Positions 23,472 through 35,116 of a stretch of DNA of 64,000 bases are shown here, piece by piece; the stretch's first letter is position 1; each line of letters begins with the position of its first letter. Under the pieces are notes generated by a model. It was not told the DNA's origin and made no database searches. It saw nothing but the letters and a program-made list of their open reading frames with translations. The DNA is from Perkinsus chesapeaki ATCC PRA-425. Lineage: Eukaryota > Protista > Perkinsozoa. Where the stretch lies: assembly GCA_013115145.1 (NCBI GenBank), contig JAAPAO010000020.1, positions 62,001-126,000 of the forward strand. Direction: 5' to 3'. The translations under genes were made by a program, and so were the position numbers.

Positions 23472-26184
23472 TCATCGTTGCGATTCAACTGCCCTCCACA
23501 GAACTGAAAAACGGTAATTGGTATCAAGGTAAAGGTTGTTCACTTGTGGTTGATGCTTCTTCTTATTCTTAGACTTGATAAAGCTCTCACTCGCACGTTG
23601 GTTGTTCCGCGCTGACTTCACTACTGTTTCTTGTGCAGCGCTTGTCCATGACGATACCTCTTCTTCGAGTTGGAGTCTGCTTTCGCTTTCACGCTCATAT
23701 CTGTCGGCTACGAGACTATCGAGCGAGCCAGGCCATAGCATCTCAACTCAGCGATAAGTTTCTGTCCTTCCCTGACAAGAGTGTTTCTCTCACTTTCGAG
23801 TTGCTTCACTGTCTCCTCGAATCGTCCAGCTTTATCCAGTAGCTCTGCGTCTGCCAGTCCAGATTTGACACTTCCCTAACCGCTCCGCTCACTTTCGTTA
23901 ACAAGCTTGATTATCTCGGCTTTCCACTCTCGCTCCTTGACTTTGAAATCGTCGCTCTCGTTCCTCAGCTGATCCAGCTCAGCCTTCGCTTGTTTGTACC
24001 TAGCAGCATCACCAATTTCTCACCGCTAGGTTCCCATACCTCACCGACGTTCCATCATTGAGCGTTCCGACTTTTCAGCCTCGAGCGCGGCTTTAAGGCT
24101 AGCGTTGTCAGAACACAGTGCTTCATACTGATACTAAAAGTGAGGCTTCAGTCGAGCGAATACCGTTTCCGAGACGGTTAATCACATTCGATGCCTCACG
24201 CGCTTTCTTCACTTGATTGTACTTCGTCTCGGCAGCAGTGGCTCTGGTCTTGAGGGACCCTATCTCTCGGATATACCTCGTAAGAAATGACTATCGTGGA
24301 GCTCTTCGCTTCACGCACTCCTGTTTTTCAACCTCATAGCGAGAGCACCGTCTTTCGGCAAGTGTAAGCAGCTGTTTAGTCGTCTCTAGTTCCTCCATCA
24401 TTATCTTGGAGCCTAAGTTCAATTCGATTATTGGAATGTCAGCGTTACTGGATGTTTACCACTCATTGAGGTGCGGTGAGCATCAGTGTCTAGCTTAGGG
24501 GACTTGCCGGAGATGTTGGTCATGAATAGCCCAGTCCCAGGAGACTTTGCCATCACCAGTCGCTTAGACATTCGGGAGTTGGTCTAAGCCTCCAAGTAGC
24601 TATAACTATGGCAACTTCTACCCTTTTATGAACTCCCAACCATATATTAACCCTATATTCTCCAACAGCCTCCTCTCAACCCGACCCGCATTGATCAGGA
24701 TTTAACATCGTCATGGTATAGCGACTTACAGCTATCCTCTGGGTGTCCTGAATCTCCACTTTGAGCCTCACCACTCACNNNNNNNNNNNNNNNNNNNNNN
24801 NNNNNNNNNNNNNNNNNNNNNNNNNNNNNNNNNNNNNNNNNNNNNNNNNNNNNNNNNNNNNNNNNNNNNNNNNNNNNNACCCCCTGGCTGCTCTGCTAAT
24901 GGAGCCTCGTCACTCACACCCCCTGGCTGCTCTGCTAATGGAGCCTCGTCACTCACACCCCCTGGCTGCTCTGCTAATGGAGCCTCGTCATTCATATTAT
25001 CGACCTGCTTAGCCATCTGGGCTTCATCGCTGACCATCTCGGGCCGTTTGTCTCTTGAGGCTCCGTCCTTTACGCTTCTCAGCTGCTCACCCATGTGAGG
25101 CTCATTAGCCTGCTCGGCTACTGCCGTTTCAGCATTGGTATTCCCGTGCAGCCCTTCCGTATCACTCTCACCCATGGACTCAATCAGTAACGTTCCCTGC
25201 TCCTCTTCCAGCCTTATTGACTGCAGCGAGTCCGTTTTGGTGGAAGCATTGACGACAGTAGCCCTGCTAAGGGCCTGCCACAGTGAAGGCTCCAAAGCGA
25301 ATGATCGAGCAACAGTCACCTTATCCTCTATGATACTTCGTATAGCTTTCAGCTCCTCTAAGAGCGACTCCAACAGTTCAGTGGCTCTCGAGGATGCAGT
25401 CAGATCTTCGCGACGTTCTTCCCATGCTACCGGGGCCTGACGAGAGATAACCGTCATCCAGCGTTGTGTGGTTGAGCCCGACGTTCCGGTGAGCTGGCGT
25501 GTCCCGTTCAGATGTCGACACCTTACGCTCCCTCCTGGGCCAGAACATCCTGCCTATCGTACTCTACAACAACAAGGTGATAGCCAAGTTGCCGTATCTA
25601 AATCTCACAGTGATTGCTGTTGTTAAGGAGCCCCAGAAGCTCTTCTTCGGTGGAGTGCGGCGCAGCTCCGTCAGGTGAGTTTTCGCCTCTCTTTCGAGTA
25701 TCTCATCCAGTGAGTCGAATATGGAATGGAACGCTGATATGTCTATCTTGCCGTTTCGAGCTTCCGCCTCGAGTCCCCTATATGAAGCTACCACCGGACC
25801 ACATTCGTCTGAGTAGCTCTCACCGATCTCGTATGGCCTTCGGAACATTCAGAGAGAGATTCAGGGAGGCATGATCACCCATTATAACTTCACAGGCTCG
25901 CTGGACACCTGTACCGTCAATGAAACCTGGACCAGAAGCCGATGCCGCGTAATCCACGATTAAGGTGGCACCATGTCGAGCTTGATCCACTTGCTGGAAC
26001 GCGTGTTCCATAAGGCCACTTGGTGCAGCCTCTCTGCTGCCTGCTGACTGAACACCCGCGAGGATGTGATTATCGCTGTGGTGGCCGTGTTACCTCTGCA
26101 CTGTGTGCTCTGTGAACCAGAGTTGTCTGGAAGATAGACTGTACTGTCATGTGCAGCAAGCTCGCCTTTCAGTGGTGTACTCAT
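23472..26184 (-). CDS. Hypothetical coiled-coil protein with a 13-aa tandem repeat, multi-exon, spanning the assembly gap
   Basis: Exons from MSTPLKGELAAHD through ASSRATELLESLLEELKAIRSIIEDK, (EAPLAEQPGGVSD)n, and a heptad-rich 3' part ending ERESESRLQLEEEVSSWTSAAQE. The join between ~25500 and 25457 is inferred via LTGTSGSTTQRWMTVI. Confidence 0.5.
24762..24990. repeat. Coding 39-bp tandem repeat (VNTR) interrupted by the N gap
   Basis: Unit GGAGCCTCGTCACTCACACCCCCTGGCTGCTCTGCTAAT at 24901-24939 and 24940-24978, partial copies either side, and a degenerate unit GAGCCTCACCACTCAC left of the gap. Confidence 0.9.
24779..24878. other. Scaffold gap (100 N)
   Basis: Run of exactly 100 N. Confidence 0.99.
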
Positions 26185-26287
26185 TAAACTCAACATTCTA
26201 AGAGTATCGACTGTATTAGCATTATAATCACATGAGCACACAATCTCGAGGAGGGCTGTCCCCTGCAACCAGTGGCCGATCGGGTAT

Positions 26288-27034
26288 CTACACAGCAACT
26301 GTGAGCTTGGATGGATACGCAGTAGAAGGATGTACTCGACAGCCTCGCGGCAAAGGGTCGTCTTCCCACGGGTCTTCTTCTACCATTACTGTAAATAACT
26401 TCACAGGTTTGCAAGGGCACTCCTTCTTGCACTTCACCGCCTCAATATCCGACAGCACCTGAATCTTAGATTAGACGCTCATGGCCGATGGTTGCTGCTC
26501 ACATGCCAGCAAGACTCGGGTACAAAGCCGAAGATTGTGTGCCGACCATCGAGGTGTTCTTGCGGCCCAAATGTTATGAAGAACTGACTGCAATTTGTGT
26601 TGAAGCCAGTATTGGCCATCGACACAACGCCCTTGCGGTCGTGTGACAAGTGAGAGCATATCTCATCCTCAAAGGGTCCACTGTAAATGCTTTCACCACC
26701 CTTGGGCAGCACCGTCTGCGTGTTGCCTGAAGCACGGCTGTATGCAAGAAGGAGGCCATCGGAGGCATGATACCTCGGGCCGTCGTGCTCCCTCCCGAGG
26801 CGGTGTCAAAGGGGTCGGGATCGCCTGTTTGGCACATGAAGCCTTTCACTACTCGATGGAAGACACACCTAAGCAAGGCGTTAGCCGTCCCTCATGTCCC
26901 TACGGGTCGGCGGCATACCCATCATAGTAGCCATGTTTCGATAGTTCTAGGAAGTTACGGCATGCCTTAGGAGCTTCATTGATGTACAAGTACATCTTCA
27001 ATGCACCGTGAGATGTGTTAATCGTTACTGCCAT
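26288..27034 (-). CDS. Cyclophilin-type peptidyl-prolyl isomerase, PPIL3-like
   Basis: [39 protein letters not shown]|[17 protein letters not shown]...[13 protein letters not shown]...[37 protein letters not shown]...[15 protein letters not shown]. Confidence 0.9.
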
Positions 27035-27284
27035 AATAAATGGTACGCTAGCTGTCTCGGGACTTAAAATGAGGAGTGCCTCGACGGTGGCTAATGGCCC
27101 AGATGAACAGACGGTGGTGATTGACTACACAAAGCCACTGTTTATAAGTTGCAAAGATGTTGTTCTCTCTCGCTAGTGCGGCATAACCAAGCTAGCGCAA
27201 TCGCCGTATGTCATCAACAAAAAATGATATTGCCACACGTTACTGACTGAGGTGTATCCTAGGATGATAATAAAACATAATCAT

Positions 27285-28094
27285 CTATATCGCCTGGCGG
27301 CATGCCTTCAAGGCATCCAGGTAATACCTGAAAGACGAAAGTGCAAAGAAGAGCACCGTAAGGTGCGGTCGTACTGGCATTGGGCAGCTTCGGCGGCCTG
27401 CTCCATGCACTGGTTGAGCTGATCCTGCTGGACTTGACATACGTTACCAGAACTCTAAAAGCACAGTCAACCGACCTGTTTGGTTGAGCTCTTACTTGAG
27501 CGACTTGTTGTTGCTGTTGCGGGGGAGGCGCAGCAGCAGCTGGTTCCCCTTCGTGCCTGTGGATGACCTCAGTCTGTCTGGGGCCGACGACAGCGTCGAC
27601 AGCTCTATTGGCCATAGAGAAGCCAACACCAGTGGCCATACCTGAGAGGATATTAGATTACCCCACTGGGGCGCCTTTCCTACCAGACATCATAGATCCA
27701 GCCAGGCCGCTCATCATGCCTCCTCCTCCCTGAGCAGGGGCCGGTGGTGGGGCATGTTGGGCAGCAGCTGGGGCAGGGGCGGCAGGGCGGGCCTGTGGGG
27801 CAGGAGCGGCATGTCTCGGGGCAGCAGCAGCTGGCTTGCGACCAAACCATCCACCTGAAGGAAACGACAGTATTTGAGTGAGTTGCTCGGGAGTAAAGGT
27901 TCATATAGTGTATATAGCCAATAGTAGCATAATAACGTGGCGAGACAGCCATAGAGCACAGTGTAATATAGGAGATAGATGTGCATTGGGGTGTAAACGA
28001 GCAGCTGTTATGGATCCCCCTTACCTCCACTGCTGCTGCTAGGAGAAGGGGACCTACGTGGTCCCGAGGAGCGAGCACTACTACGACGGGGCAT
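27285..28094 (-). CDS. CHCHD2/CHCHD10/Mix17-like mitochondrial twin-CX9C protein
   Basis: MPRRSSARSSGPRRSPSP; Pro/Ala-rich linker; GGGMMSGLAGSMMSGMATGVGFSMANRAVDAVVG; C-QVQQDQLNQ-C and C-QYYLDALKA-C (two CX9C motifs). Confidence 0.9.
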
Positions 28095-28678
28095 TTAGAT
28101 GGGTATCACCAAGCTACATCAACCTGTTCATTCGCTTTTACACTGTGCAGCATGGCTTTAAACAGGCCATGAAACGACGCGCTGAAGGACATAATGTACT
28201 ATACGATTACTGTCTTGTCGATCCAATGATTTCAAACTAGCTTATCAAGCGGAGGCCAGAATTCTGGAATGCCCAGAGTGAGCAGCGCAAGAGAGCCACA
28301 CTAGCAATAGAATAGCAAACATCAGTGGTCCAGGCCTGCCAGGCATTCCTTGAGCAGCTGTTCTAGCACTGAACAGCTAACGGTGTTTGGAGTCCCTAGC
28401 TGCAATTTATGGATCACATACCCGGCCAGCAGTCCTCTGGGCCGCACATCTACTATGGACTCGCGTGCTAAGTGTGCAAGGAGTGTAGACCAGAAATAGG
28501 GATACGGGCCTTATCCTGGCAATTGAACAACCGTGTTGTGTCGACCCGTGCAACTTGCGTAACCTTAGCGAATCTTGCGCTTTCTCAACGCTATCTGCTC
28601 ACAAATCAGCCCCGTTGTTCTCCAGTGACATGATTATGAATCTTTAACTCAGTTGTCCATTTCCTTTTCCATTCAATT

Positions 28679-30406
28679 ATGTTAGCCCGTGCCATATCAG
28701 CGAGTGTACATCATTGCATCCGGCCCCTGTCAACTGCCGCCATCTCGTCGTGCTTCCGTAAGGGCAGTGCGCTGCCGGAGCCCGTCAAGCCTATCCGGTA
28801 GAACTATATTTCCCTAGCCCTTAGGAGACCTTAATCTCATCAGGATCAGGGGAAGGAGCGGTATTCCTATGAGTGAGGACAAAACGTTCCCGGAGTACAT
28901 GGCATGTGCCACTCCAGGCTCACCATTGGTAGATATGCCTTTGTCGGTGCTGTTGGTGGTTCAGTTCCTGGCCAGGTGCTCACACCTATTATAGAGGGTC
29001 ATGAAGATATGGACTTGGACGACTGGGCTAAGGCGGCGAAGGCTGAAATTGAACATCATTTGACAAAGTAGGAGGAAGTGTCGGTATGAGTAAGATTACT
29101 GTCAGGTACGGTGCTATATACTTTACATCGATTCCCGATCTGAAGACACCGCAGGATTTGGCAACGTTAATGAGAAGTATGAAATATAGACTACATGAAG
29201 ATAGCCATTATAAGAAGATGATGGCTGCGAGGTCAATGACAAGTAGGGTCTCATAGTGGCCCATGGTAGTCAAACACAGGCACTAAACTATCTGATGTGG
29301 TCCGGACGGCCTCCGACGAGCCACCAGAGTATGCTATTGAGCCACATTCCGAGTACCATACAGCGGGGTAGTGCAACAACAGCTGATGTATGTGGTAATG
29401 GTATTGTTACATTTAGGTTGCCTCATAAGATAGCTCTCTTTGCACACGGTGAAGTTCCGACTTATGGTGGGGAATGGATGGTTGCTGACACTAGAAGGAT
29501 TATGGAGGAGCTTAATAAGGCTGTTGTGAAGAAGTTCGATGAGCTCGGTGAGTGCCTTTCGGATACATTGCTCTCATGGTACCTCAGGTGCTTGCTATAG
29601 AGTGTTTTATGAATCTAAAGACAATAGTGTTGTCGGGTAAGATTTTCGTCGACCGTATTACTATGCTGATTCATACCGTTTATTTTCGCTTTGTTGGAGC
29701 TCACCTGGCTTGGAAGGCTTTCCCGCGTTCGCTGTAGCACTTGCTTCTTAAGTAACCTTTTAGATACAATAATTGGCAAACCAACATCAGCTATGATAAA
29801 GAAAAGGTAGAGGAGTACCTAAAGATTAGGGGTTATGATTGGAAGTGGAGTAAGCCCTAAGAGTTGTGGACCACTGCACGGTGTATTTAACCATCTTTGG
29901 TTAGATGCCGACGACTCTCTGGAGTACTGGAAGGTCTACCCGGCCATTGTGCCCCATCCTGTGACAGGAGAGAGGTGCTGGTTCAATCAAATTCATGCCC
30001 AGCATAAGAGTTTCTACTACTCTCATCCGAGGTAGGATGCTAGTAAGATTCTTAGAGCTCGATTTGCTGTGCAATAGATTCCGCGACATGCCGCGGGACA
30101 GCAATAGGTTCCCTGTTAACACAACTTATGGTGATGGCACTGAGATAGAGCCGGAGGTGAGCAGCTGGCGTATCTTTGGGTTGAGCGTGCATTAGGTGCT
30201 CTCCCATATTCGATCTATTATCTGGAGGAACTGTCATGCAGCACCCCTCCATACCGGTGCACTACTGGTACAAGATAACTACCTTACACTTCACGGCAGG
30301 TGGGAAGGGAATGCTATATTGCTGGTTGTTAGTGTGTTTTAGGATGGATTATGATGGCCATAAGTTTCCTAAGAGGGAGGTTAGTGTTAGCGTAACCTAC
30401 AGCTAG
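28679..30406 (+). CDS. TauD/TfdA-family (SyrP/clavaminate synthase-like) Fe(II)/2-oxoglutarate dioxygenase with presequence-like N-terminus
   Basis: MLARAISASVHHCIRPLSTAA; YGAIYF; EYAIEPHSEY (HxE); GGEWMVADTRRIMEEL; PAIVPHPVTGERCWFNQIH; PVNTTYGDGTEIEPE; LLVQDNYLTLHGR|MDYDG. Confidence 0.88.
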
Positions 30407-30703
30407 TAGGCTCCTGTCACAGGGGTTGTCCAGGTACTTTGTCTCTTCACCACGGAGTTAGTAGCTCTGTCTGTCAGGTACCAGTAACGTATCGTAAAAG
30501 CCCTCCCTTCGATCCATGTTGACATGACTCGTTCATCCCGCCCCCCCCCCCTCCCCCCAGATCCATCGATTGTTATCATAAATAGTGCTCTAGTGTAGAG
30601 TAGCGTCTAGACGTTCACTTCTTCTTTCATTACCAATATTACGTTTTCAGCAACTGCTATTGCGTTGCCAGTGTCTCACTGTAATTCAGTTTACTGTTAT
30701 CCT

Positions 30704-33234
30704 ATGCCTGGTCGTCTGCCAGCTCCTCAGCGATTGTCTCGGACAGGAGCCTCCTCATCGATCATGTTTGGGAAGCTGAGGAGGCCGCCCATCCCCGAGC
30801 CTTTGGGGAACTCTACCGGCGTTCGATTGAGAGGTGATTCTCACAATAGTGGCAAAATAGGGTTTCCATACGGAAATTTCCTTAGTTCATTGGAAATGAA
30901 AGCTGCTTTTGAATGCCGAGGACATGGCTTCAACTTGCCCGCAGGATGGTGTAGTGCATTTTCTGCTGCTTGCAGTTCCTCCGACGCAATACGCCAACGA
31001 TGTTGGTCGGTTCACTAGAACAGACAGTCGTGACCACTACCAGGATATCGGTCTGGTGAGGAGCTATGTCAGGGTGGATACCTTATCGAAGTGATGTTAG
31101 ATGAACACGTTGCAGCTGGAAACATTCATTGGGGACCTCGGCCATCGACAGAAGAGGGAGAAAGATGGTATGAAAGTATTTAAGGAATGGAGTCGAGTAT
31201 TGGCGAGGATGAAGGAGCTTGGTAGGAGGCAAGATGTTACCGAGGCTCTCAGAAGGTTGAGGGTGATCAGGCCCGGCTGTCTCGGCGGTGTCTACGGTAA
31301 GGTTGGTGAAGCATCTGTCGGTGGGTTCAAGAGACCTGCCGCCAGTAGAGGAACTTATACAAGCTTTGGAAGCTTGTCTGTTATGTCAAGATCATTTGGA
31401 GTATTCACAACAATGGTTTAGTCTTGGAACTGTCAGTCGGTAATAGGGATATATAACGGGGATAATACTTAGAGCTCTGGGGTACTGTTGTTGGGCATTA
31501 GCTCGCAAAATGACGAAAATGAACTCAACGACGTCGGCAACCCTCCAATCTGGCCGGTTAACTGTAAGCTATAAATTTGCTGGTTCCCGACGACTCACCG
31601 TGATCGAGAACCCCGAGCTCGCAGATCGGTTGTTTGGGGATTAGTGGCTTACCTTGGAGCGTTCGGGCGGGGAGTTGTGAGTGTTTGTGGGTTTAATAGG
31701 TTCAGTTTGCATTTGGCGAAGTTGTGCTCTTCCTCCTCTTCCTACAGTAAGGATGACAGAAAGCGCCTATTGAGGTGTAGTACAGTGGATAGGGTAAGTT
31801 ACCCTTCCAGTTAGCTGTTAAGTTGTAAAGTGTGCATTCAGATAGGTCACATTATAGAGGTGAAAATTCGAGAGCACATGTCGACTGCCAGGGGGGATAA
31901 GGTGGTGTTGAAGCCCAGGTAGGGCGGCGTGGGAGTGTTGAAGGGGCCCTAGCTTGGTGGTAGGGTGGTATCTAAGCTGTGCTTGGCGATGGCTCTATTG
32001 GAGAGGTATAGCGATATGGAAGCATGGAGGGGGCTTATGCTTGTGATAACGTCGTGTGTGAGGGATATGGACCAGGAGCATGTAAGTGAGGCTCTTAGCG
32101 CTCTGCATTAGTACCATTCTGCGATTCTGAAGCCGTTTGGAGTCAGTTCCTTTGTCGCTCGATGAGAGGGTTCTGGCCTATCGCTGGGCTGGTTATTCAG
32201 GTACAGCACTGCTCGTATGCTATATATAGGCTTTTGTCTCAAATGATTGATGGGAGTAGTGGAGTGGTTGATAAGATGATAGCAGAGGAAGGTGTTGAAG
32301 TTAATGCAAAGCTAGCTAATCAAGCAAGAGCACTGTTGCCAATGGCTAAGCATCCTAGGAATCTAATTAATATATTGGTATCATGTGATAGGATAACAAA
32401 GGCAATCGGGGGGAGAGGGTCGAATGGCTTCTGGCTTCTTTACACCAGTTGTTTTATTTCCGCAAGGTCCTCTGTAGCTTCTCTTGTCGGAAGAGGCTGT
32501 TGCGGTCTTATTAATAGAAGCTTCAACGTTAATAATACTACTCGTAGCGTCTCCTCCTGTTGGTAGAACTTTGAGCTGCTGGGTGTCTCCATATTATTGT
32601 ATAGGGGATATATAGCAGTCTCCAAGGGTTTATTATTACATCGTATTAGGTAGCGTTCCTGCGGTGGAGTATAGTAGGTCAAACAAGAGATGTGCAGCTA
32701 CTAGTGGATGCCTCTCGAAGGATTATTGCAGCGGCCGGAGACGGTAGGTTGGAAGTGTTGGTGGAGCCAGTGGTAGCTGCTGGCAGATTTGGATAGTATC
32801 TTTGCCGAATGCAGCGCAATGGACATCCTAAGGGTCTCTACGGTGTTACTGCCGCACGAGGAATTAGGGGAGTTGATGAAAAGTTGTAAGTCTTAGCGGA
32901 GCGAAGCTGACGGATTCAATTTGTTGTAGTGCTGAGGAAGGCATGGCAGCAAGCTGTTGAGAGGGGTCCACGGCCGCCTGACAGTGCAGTGAGGAAGGCC
33001 GAGAGTATATTAGAAATGAATTGTGGAATAACAATGCATGCAGTTTCGGAGGGTGTAGATGTTTCCTGTTTGGCGAGCTTCGAGTTGACCTGCTGCGGTG
33101 TTGGCATTTGCTCGTCAGTATTGGTTTTATTAATGGATCGCCGAAGGGCAGTGAGGAAGCGAGTGGAGTATCTGTGTAAAGTAATTCGGAGGAGTTCAAA
33201 GGATATTAGGAAGGATAAGAAGGGGGAAGAGTAA
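30704..33234 (+). CDS. Hypothetical helical protein, multi-exon (one or two genes)
   Basis: Purine-rich exons, e.g. LETFIGDLGHRQKREKDGMKVFKEWSRVLARMKEL, ALLERYSDMEAWRGLMLVITSCVRDMDQEH and LRKAWQQAVERGPRPPDSAVRKAESIL...KDKKGEE*. No family recognised. Confidence 0.45.
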
Positions 33235-33679
33235 TAAGAAGGGATTTCAGGCGAAGCTGTGCTTCTACTTGCTGGGGAGTATGGGGTTTGTCTCACTGTT
33301 TTATAGACCGTATTTGATAGTCAATGCTTGTAACTGTCCGATTTCACTGAGCTTCAGTCCGCGGTCAGCATCTAAGGTGGGTTTATTAAGCTCACAGCCG
33401 GTATGGATTGAAGCGACTTGCCGTGGCTGATGATTTGCACTGCCCGTTTGTTCTTCCTGTACAGTCCCTATGTTGATTATCATTATCTCAGTTTACAACT
33501 CATTCCCATAGATATGCATAATATACCTATTGGAATAGGTATCATTACACCAGGTCTGATCATTAGACTCTAATGCACGTTGAAACGCCATTGGGCGCAT
33601 TCCGTTTTACTATCTATATCACCTTATACTATAGCAGCTAACTGTTGCAAACTGTATAACGGTCTTGTCTTAGTTGTCT

Positions 33680-34870
33680 CCTTCAGGACCTCCATTACGG
33701 CCACTCTGGACGTGGAGACCTTCCTAAAAGGCCTTAATGAGTTGGAGCCTTTCTCTGCCACCGAGGTGTAGGTCTGCCTCCTTCCCCTCTCGAGCATTCA
33801 TGTTGCTAGTTATTGCTCTGATAGCGGTTGTAAAGTGTACGTCGGTGGCCTCGATGATGCCTGTCAGTTTGAGGATCTCAAGCAGCGCAATGTCGGCACG
33901 GTAATCAACTGTGCAGGAGCTCAGTGTAGCAGAATTGGCGGGGCTCTGTGGCAGTGTGAATGGTTGTAGGTGCTCTGGCTCGCCTTCAAGCGGATGTTAT
34001 TGGCGGTTCGAATCCATATAAGGGAATACGCTTTGATGGGGGATGCTATAGGGAGAAGTTGGGCGCTTATGTTGAGTAATTTGGGGAAGGAGTGGTATGA
34101 AATAAGACAGTACGTATTGGTAGGTATTTATCGATCGCAGCAGAGGACGCGACACGCTATCCGATAGATAAGCACTTTAAAGAGGTAAGCAAGGGTCGGA
34201 GGGGGATGTATGCTAATTGTTGAGCTCAAGTCATTCGGAATTGTAATGCCGCCTTGAAGAGCTTGTTTGAGGGAAATATGGTATAAATAATAATATCACA
34301 TTCTATCTAGCATTAATGGCTTATGGTGCATCTAGGTATCGGAATGTCTGGACAAGGTTATGTCGGTTGGTGAGCACTCCGTGCTGATTCACTGTATGCA
34401 AGGATATAATAGAAGTTGTGCGTTGCTTTGCAGCTGGCTTTGTGGAGGTCTCAATGGTCCAAGGCTGGTAGTAATCTCTGGGCTTAAGTCTGTGAGTCTA
34501 AGGACTCGTTTTAGAGTCTGTGTGAAGCGGTGGAGCTGATAGCGTCGAGAAGAGAGTATGTACTGAGCAATAGAGGCTTTCTGGCCAAGCTGGTCGAAGC
34601 CTATTGGCCACCGGACGACATTGAGATAAAGAGCAGCATAGGTGAGAAAAATGCCCAAGGTGGGGATCGAACCTGGGACCATGTTTATCAGGCCCTTGCG
34701 TTAATCTCTATGAACAAATCAGCGAAGCTCCTCTTAATCTAATTGGTGAAGTTAAGGAGTGTGTAGCGGCCGACCCAGCAACCACTGATGGGCCGTCTGT
34801 GGGGAAGAAGGCTCTGTCGAGGTTCGCACAGAGCAGAAGAATGAGAAAACAAATCGAACAAGAAAGTTGA
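33680..34870 (+). CDS. Dual-specificity protein phosphatase, multi-exon; start uncertain
   Basis: VYVGGLDDACQFEDLKQRNVGTVINCAG; YLSIAAEDATRYPIDKHFKE; VLIHCMQGYNRSCALL (HCxxGxxRS); VELIASRREYVLSNRGFLAKLVEA. Confidence 0.88.
34647..34680 (-). pseudogene. tRNA 3'-half fragment with oligo-T terminator, antisense in a 50-nt phosphatase intron
   Basis: - strand GGTC-CCAGG-TTCGATC-CCCAC-CTTGGGC-A-TTTTT inside GTGAG...TATCAG (34642..34691). Splicing it opens a long C-terminal frame (GPCVNLYEQISEAPLNL...). Confidence 0.7.
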
Positions 34871-35053
34871 TGGGCAAACTTCGCAATGGAAACTAAATAA
34901 GTTGCAGGGGTTGTAACTCGGTGATCTGAGGGAAGTGTGGTATGAATTACCGATGTTTAGTGGGAAGTGGACTTGTTGGTGCTACTGTTGTTCTCCTGCA
35001 TTAAGCTGGTACAGCTCTAAAACGTAACGATAATATGTCGGTGTTTTTGTGTT

Positions 35054-35099
35054 TGTAGCTGCCAGGGATCGAACCTGTGACCTTGTTAGATTGTTAAGC
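35054..35099 (-). pseudogene. tRNA relic (possibly Val-like) upstream of the DUF4833 start codon
   Basis: - strand GCTTAACAATCTAACA-AGGTC-ACAGG-TTCGATC-CCTGG-CAGCTAC-A. No oligo-T follows. Confidence 0.6.
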
Positions 35100-35116
35100 T
35101 TGTTATAGTTGAAGAC

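Noticed and set aside
33992-34016. GGCGG-TTCGAAT-CCATA-TAAGGGA-A, another B-box/tRNA-like string
   Set aside because: Probably exonic in the phosphatase (…VIGGSNPYKG…), so not listed as an intronic relic. Worth rechecking with RNA-seq.
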